DNA of 64,000 bases. It comes from Planctomycetota bacterium (lineage in GTDB: Bacteria; Planctomycetota; GCA-002687715; CAIWVZ01). Both the position numbers and the translations under genes were made by a program. The stretch lies in NCBI GenBank assembly GCA_044222185.1, contig JBGANV010000003.1, forward strand, positions 576,001 to 640,000, read 5' to 3'. This document shows positions 59,610 through 64,000 of this stretch, piece by piece. The notes under the pieces were generated by a model. It did not search any database, was not told where the DNA came from, and worked only from the letters and a program-made list of their open reading frames with translations. Every line of letters starts with the position of its first letter. Position 1 is the first letter of the stretch.

Positions 59610-61229
59610 TCAGTCGCCCATGTCGGTGAGCGCCGCCAGGACGCGCTCTTCACGCCGCACCAGGAGCTGCCCTGCCCACGTCACACACCCAACTACGACG
59701 GCGGCGACGAGCACCACGCAAGCCGGAACCGTGAGCAGATACCACGCCGCCTGCAGCCGGAAGAGCCGAGGGATCACGGCGACGGCCCCGACGATCCCCG
59801 TCAGCACCAGCACCGGCGCGAGCGCGACCGTGCGCCCCATGGCGACGGCGCAACCGTCCTGACGGACTCGCAGGCCGCGGCCCTTCCCGGAGCGCAACAG
59901 CGATACGGGCGCGAGCACGGAGACCACCGCCCCGCACGACAAGAGCACGGAATCGGCCACGACCGTGAGCGCGTATGCCGCCGCCCAACGTGGGAGGGCA
60001 TCGGCAAGATCGTGACGCATGGCGCCGAGGATCCCGATGGTCACCAACGTCACGACGGCGTCGACGGCGAACAGGATCGCGGCGATCGCGACGAGCCGCC
60101 CGAGGATCAGCCGCGCGCGGCCGATCGGTGATTGAAGGGTCAACTTCAGCCCGCCCGCGTCGAACCCGAAGATGCTCAGCGCGAGCCACGCATGGGCAAA
60201 GACGATGACGACGGGGATGAGGAACCACACCGTACCGTCGCCGCGGCCATTCAGGAGGATTGGCGCGAGCAGGAATACGTGCTGCTGAAGCAGAAGCGCC
60301 TTCAACTGCGGCTCGCGCCAGATGAGGGATAGGCTCCGCCGCGCAATCTGCCCGATGTCCGCCGGCAACCGGTTGAAGAGACCCTCGCCCCGATCCTCGA
60401 TGGCGTCGCCGCGATCGCCGGTCTCCCCCGCAGCCGCATAGAGCCTGCCGAACGCGCGGGAGCCGAGCCACAGCGCGCCCAATACGGAGGTGGCCACGCC
60501 CGCCGCCATGAGCGCCGGCCGAACTCCCGCGAGGGTCGGGTTCATGAACACCTCGCCGAACCAACTGGTGGGAAACCAGGTGAGGTACCCCCACACCGGG
60601 TGCTTGAGGAGGGCCACGAGCGGTTCACCTTGTCGTTCCGCACCCCCGCGCACGACGAGGTAGGCCGCGAGGCCCGCCACGCTGCTGAGCAACGTGGCGG
60701 CATCGCGGAGACGGCGGCGGTTGTACAACGCCAGCAGCGCGAAGCTCGTCGCCATGGCGATCGCCTGCCCCAACGTCACCAAGAGCAGGACGATCGCGAC
60801 TCGCGCGACCACGGCCGGCGTCGGTCCCGACAACAGGGCGACGAAGCTCAACCCCGGTGCTGCGAACATCAGGGTCGCCGGGTGGAAGACGGTCGAGAAC
60901 AGCATGGCCGAGAAGATCTCGCCAGTCCCCACTGGCAGGTGCAGCAGCCGACTCGTGTCGAAGAAGTCGCCGGTCGCGACGAACACGACTCCAAAGGTCA
61001 CCTGCAGGACGAACACCGCGAGGAAGATCACGCGGACGCCGGTGAACCACTCATCCGGGTAGTCGGCGAACATGCGGTAGGTGACGAAACCGGACGACGC
61101 GCCCCAGCCCAAGAGCGCCAGGAACCCGACGACGGCGAACAGCACGCGCCCCGGTTTGCCGGCGAAGTTGTTGATGAGCAGGCGGTAGCGCAGGCCCAGC
61201 AGCAGGAAGAAGCGGCCGAGGGCACCCAT
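59610..61229 (-). CDS. ABC-2 type exporter permease
   Basis: Many TM helices, RLLHLPV motif; start overlaps the ATPase stop (TGATG). Confidence 0.75.
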   Translation of the reverse strand: MGALGRFFLLLGLRYRLLINNFAGKPGRVLFAVVGFLALLGWGASSGFVTYRMFADYPDEWFTGVRVIFLAVFVLQVTFGVVFVATGDFFDTSRLLHLPVGTGEIFSAMLFSTVFHPATLMFAAPGLSFVALLSGPTPAVVARVAIVLLLVTLGQAIAMATSFALLALYNRRRLRDAATLLSSVAGLAAYLVVRGGAERQGEPLVALLKHPVWGYLTWFPTSWFGEVFMNPTLAGVRPALMAAGVATSVLGALWLGSRAFGRLYAAAGETGDRGDAIEDRGEGLFNRLPADIGQIARRSLSLIWREPQLKALLLQQHVFLLAPILLNGRGDGTVWFLIPVVIVFAHAWLALSIFGFDAGGLKLTLQSPIGRARLILGRLVAIAAILFAVDAVVTLVTIGILGAMRHDLADALPRWAAAYALTVVADSVLLSCGAVVSVLAPVSLLRSGKGRGLRVRQDGCAVAMGRTVALAPVLVLTGIVGAVAVIPRLFRLQAAWYLLTVPACVVLVAAVVVGCVTWAGQLLVRREERVLAALTDMGD

Positions 61230-62056
61230 CAGCCGAGAAAGTCCAGGCTGCCCCGGACGACCTTCTCGCCGCCCACGGCCATCACGAAGACGTCCTCGAG
61301 ACTGGCGGACTCGGCGGCACCGACCTGCATCCGGACCTCCGCCAGCGTACCGAGCGCCCGCAGACGGCCGCGGTCGACGATTCCAATCCGCGAGCACAGA
61401 CGCTCGACCTGCTCGAGGATGTGGGAAGAGAAGAAGATCGTCATTCCGCGCGCGACGAGCGATTGGAACACCCGTTTGATCGCACGCGTCGTGACGGCGT
61501 CGATGCCGTTGAAGGGCTCGTCCAGGAACAGGAGGCGCGGGCCATGAAGGAGCGCGCAAGCGAGCGCGACCTTCTTCTTCATTCCCATGGAGAAGTCGCC
61601 CACCATGCGCCGCCGTTCGGCCTCCGCCAGTTCCAGCAACTCGAAGAGCTCGCCGGCTCGACGATCCGACTCCGCACGCGAAAGGCCGTAGAGGCTGCCG
61701 ACGAAGCGCACGGTTTCCACGGGTGAGAGGCGCTCGTACAGCTGGATGTCCTCGGGGAGCACACCGATGAGCCGTTTGACGGCGAGGGGGTCGGCAGCGA
61801 CGTCGATGCCCAGGATGCGCGCCGTTCCTGCGGACGGCTTGAGCATGCCCGCCATCATCTTGATCGTCGTCGACTTGCCCGCGCCGTTGGGCCCGAGGAA
61901 CGCGAAGAACTCGCCCGCTGCCACCGTGAGGTCCAGGTTCTCGACGGCGACCTTGGCGTCGAAGCGGCGCGAGAGGCCGCGAACCTCGACCACCGGCGCC
62001 GAGGGAGACGGGGCGACTTCCATGGTCGGGATCATGTAGTCCCGCGCAAGCGACAT
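61229..62056 (-). CDS. ABC transporter ATP-binding protein
   Basis: GPNGAGKS Walker A, FSMGMKKK signature, LFLDEP Walker B, SSH. Start at 62056 or 62023. Confidence 0.93.
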   Translation of the reverse strand: MSLARDYMIPTMEVAPSPSAPVVEVRGLSRRFDAKVAVENLDLTVAAGEFFAFLGPNGAGKSTTIKMMAGMLKPSAGTARILGIDVAADPLAVKRLIGVLPEDIQLYERLSPVETVRFVGSLYGLSRAESDRRAGELFELLELAEAERRRMVGDFSMGMKKKVALACALLHGPRLLFLDEPFNGIDAVTTRAIKRVFQSLVARGMTIFFSSHILEQVERLCSRIGIVDRGRLRALGTLAEVRMQVGAAESASLEDVFVMAVGGEKVVRGSLDFLG

Positions 62057-62847
62057 CAACCGGCGGGATGGCGAGTCGTGATTCGCCGGACGAATTCCAC
62101 CGGATAGAGCGGCGGCGGAATGGGGATCCCTCCGCTCACGCGCCGCCAGCGAGCGATGCGTACGACGGAGACGGCCCACTGGACCACGATGAGCAGGAAC
62201 AGCCCGATGCCGAGGTACATGACGCGTGCGGTCTCGCCTGCCTTGGCGGCGACGCCGATCCCGAGCGCAAGGAAGTCGTAGGCGCCGTGCCAGAGGGCCG
62301 GCTCGATCACGGCGAGCCGCATCTGCAGGCCTGAACCGTGGACGGGGCCGAAGGTCGCCCGGGCGAGGCGGTCACCCATCAGCGTGCCGTTGAGCGCATG
62401 CGCCGGAACCGCTGTGAGTGCCCGCAACACGCCCACCGAGATCCCGCCCTTCATCACGTAGAGGACGTTTTCGATCAAAGCGAAGCCCATGGCCGTGGCC
62501 ACGCTGTAGACGAGCCAGTCGAAGCCATTGCCGATTTCGCGATCGTTCCTGGCACAGACCTGAACGGCCAGGCGCTTGCCGATCTCCTCGATCGCCGCGA
62601 TGAAGACGAATGCGCCCAGCGCCACCGACCAGAGACTCTTCTCGGTGTCGTAGCCCGGCACGAATCTGGCCCCGGTCAGTAGCGCCGCCTCGATCAACGC
62701 GACCGGGATGACCACGAGCGCGCCAGCGAGGAAATAGCGCAGCACGTTGCGCAGGGGCTCGCGCTCCCGATCGACCGCATAGACGACGTGGAGGATCGCG
62801 AGGCACGGACCCACCGCGACCGCGACGAGGAGCCAGGGCCCACCCAT
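62056..62847 (-). CDS. prsW: PrsW-family intramembrane glutamic protease
   Basis: DREREP, AAIEEIGK, GFALIENVLY, RALTAVPAHA and WHGAYDF. Confidence 0.88.
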   Translation of the reverse strand: MGGPWLLVAVAVGPCLAILHVVYAVDREREPLRNVLRYFLAGALVVIPVALIEAALLTGARFVPGYDTEKSLWSVALGAFVFIAAIEEIGKRLAVQVCARNDREIGNGFDWLVYSVATAMGFALIENVLYVMKGGISVGVLRALTAVPAHALNGTLMGDRLARATFGPVHGSGLQMRLAVIEPALWHGAYDFLALGIGVAAKAGETARVMYLGIGLFLLIVVQWAVSVVRIARWRRVSGGIPIPPPLYPVEFVRRITTRHPAG

Positions 62848-63986
62848 CAGCGACGGCGATCCACGACGACCACGCCCCTCTTCACGACGAGCGACACGAA
62901 CGACTCACCGAAGTGATACGGGACGTAGCGGATGTTGGGGACGTCGAGCGCCACCAGATCCGCCTGGAAGCCCGGTGCGATCACGCCCAGATCCGCTCCA
63001 CGGCCGATGGCGTGCGCGGCGTTCACCGTCGCCGCGGTCAGCGCCTGCGCCGCCGTGAATCCGTAGCGCACGCAGGCGAACGTCATCACCAGCGGCATGG
63101 ATCGCGTGGGGGACGAACCCGGGTTGAAGTCCGTGGCGATGGCGAGCGCGAGCCCCGCTTCCAGCATGCGTCGTCCGGGCGCGTCCTGTTTCAGGTTCAG
63201 GAAGAACGACGTCGCCGGGAGGAGGATCGGAACGACGCCCGCGTCTCGCATCCGTGTCATGCCTTCGTCGCTCACGAACACGAGGTGGTCGGCGGAAAGC
63301 GCGCCCACGTCGGCCGCGAGCTCGGCGCCGCCCGTCGGACGGATCTCGTCGGCGTGCAGCTTGACCTTCAACCCCAGTTCCTTCGCCCGGTTCAGGATCC
63401 TGCGCGACTCGTCGACCGTGAAGACGTGTTCTTCGCAGAAGACGTCGCACGCCGTCGCGAGCTTCTCGTGGGCCACCTTCGGCAGCATCTCGTCGATGAT
63501 CAGGCGGACGTAGCCCGCGCGGTCGTTCCGCCACTCGTCGGGAAACTCGTGCGCGCCGAGGAACGTGGGCTCGAGCTCGAGGGCGTGATCGCGGCGCACG
63601 GCCGCGATGGCGCGGAGCGAGCGCAGCTCGTCGTCCGTCGAAAGCCCGTATCCGCTCTTCGCTTCGATCGTCGTCGTGCCCAACGCGAGGAACGCGTCCG
63701 CGACCGAGCGCACGTGCGCCAACAAGTCGTCGTCGCTCGCCGCGCGGAGCTGGCGGACGCTGCGTCGGATCCCGCCGCCCTCCTTCGCGATCTCCACGTA
63801 GCTGCGTCCTTGATTGCGCCACTCGAATTCGTCTTCGCGCGTCCCGAAGAAGACCGGATGCGTGTGCGGGTCGACGAAACCGGGAATCACCGTGCGCGCG
63901 CCCAGGTCGACCTCGCGGCAGCCTCGGTGACGGGCGCGCAACGCCGCCGGCTCGCCGGAATCGACGATGCGGCCGTTCTCCTCCAC
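62847..63986 (-). CDS. hutI: imidazolonepropionase; 5'-truncated at window edge
   Basis: PGFVDPHTH, GGGI, GTTTIEAKSGYGL, FLGAH, DVFCE, HADE and ATDFNPG. Confidence 0.95.
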   Translation of the reverse strand: MEENGRIVDSGEPAALRARHRGCREVDLGARTVIPGFVDPHTHPVFFGTREDEFEWRNQGRSYVEIAKEGGGIRRSVRQLRAASDDDLLAHVRSVADAFLALGTTTIEAKSGYGLSTDDELRSLRAIAAVRRDHALELEPTFLGAHEFPDEWRNDRAGYVRLIIDEMLPKVAHEKLATACDVFCEEHVFTVDESRRILNRAKELGLKVKLHADEIRPTGGAELAADVGALSADHLVFVSDEGMTRMRDAGVVPILLPATSFFLNLKQDAPGRRMLEAGLALAIATDFNPGSSPTRSMPLVMTFACVRYGFTAAQALTAATVNAAHAIGRGADLGVIAPGFQADLVALDVPNIRYVPYHFGESFVSLVVKRGVVVVDRRR

Positions 63987-64000
63987 GATCCCGAAGCCCT

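Overview
High-GC bacterial chromosome segment, most likely from a Planctomycetota-type (PVC) organism. Support: PVC signature 'small basic protein', an ECF sigma/Ser-Thr kinase pair, a groEL-groES-groEL-dnaJ-grpE operon, and VWA/NPCBM proteins. Left to right: partial O-antigen-ligase/TPR gene; ECF sigma factor plus Ser/Thr kinase-TPR; an anaerobic benzoyl-CoA operon (had-oah-dch-bcrCBAD-SDR-GNAT); a 28-aa Lys/Ala-rich peptide gene, below the ORF-track cutoff, with a palindrome-rich upstream region and its own terminator; a minus-strand housekeeping run (NPCBM, VWA, pdxA, SPOR-like, small basic protein, queE, der, lipoprotein); a chaperone operon with a candidate sigma54 promoter and twin upstream palindromes; a second kinase-TPR; two tandem paralogous ~1,550-aa secreted trypsin-like proteases; a TIR-ROK sugar-kinase fusion; a GMC oxidoreductase/VOC/GH63/GH133/esterase/S8-CBM48/aquaporin cluster; a secreted Cys-rich protein; an ABC exporter, prsW and partial hutI. 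No tRNA, rRNA, CRISPR array or transposase was recognised. All assignments are by motif recognition by eye; no database searches were run. Best novelty candidates: the TIR-ROK fusion, the micro-peptide locus, a shared C-terminal domain on three secreted proteins, and class I benzoyl-CoA reductase in a PVC-type genome.
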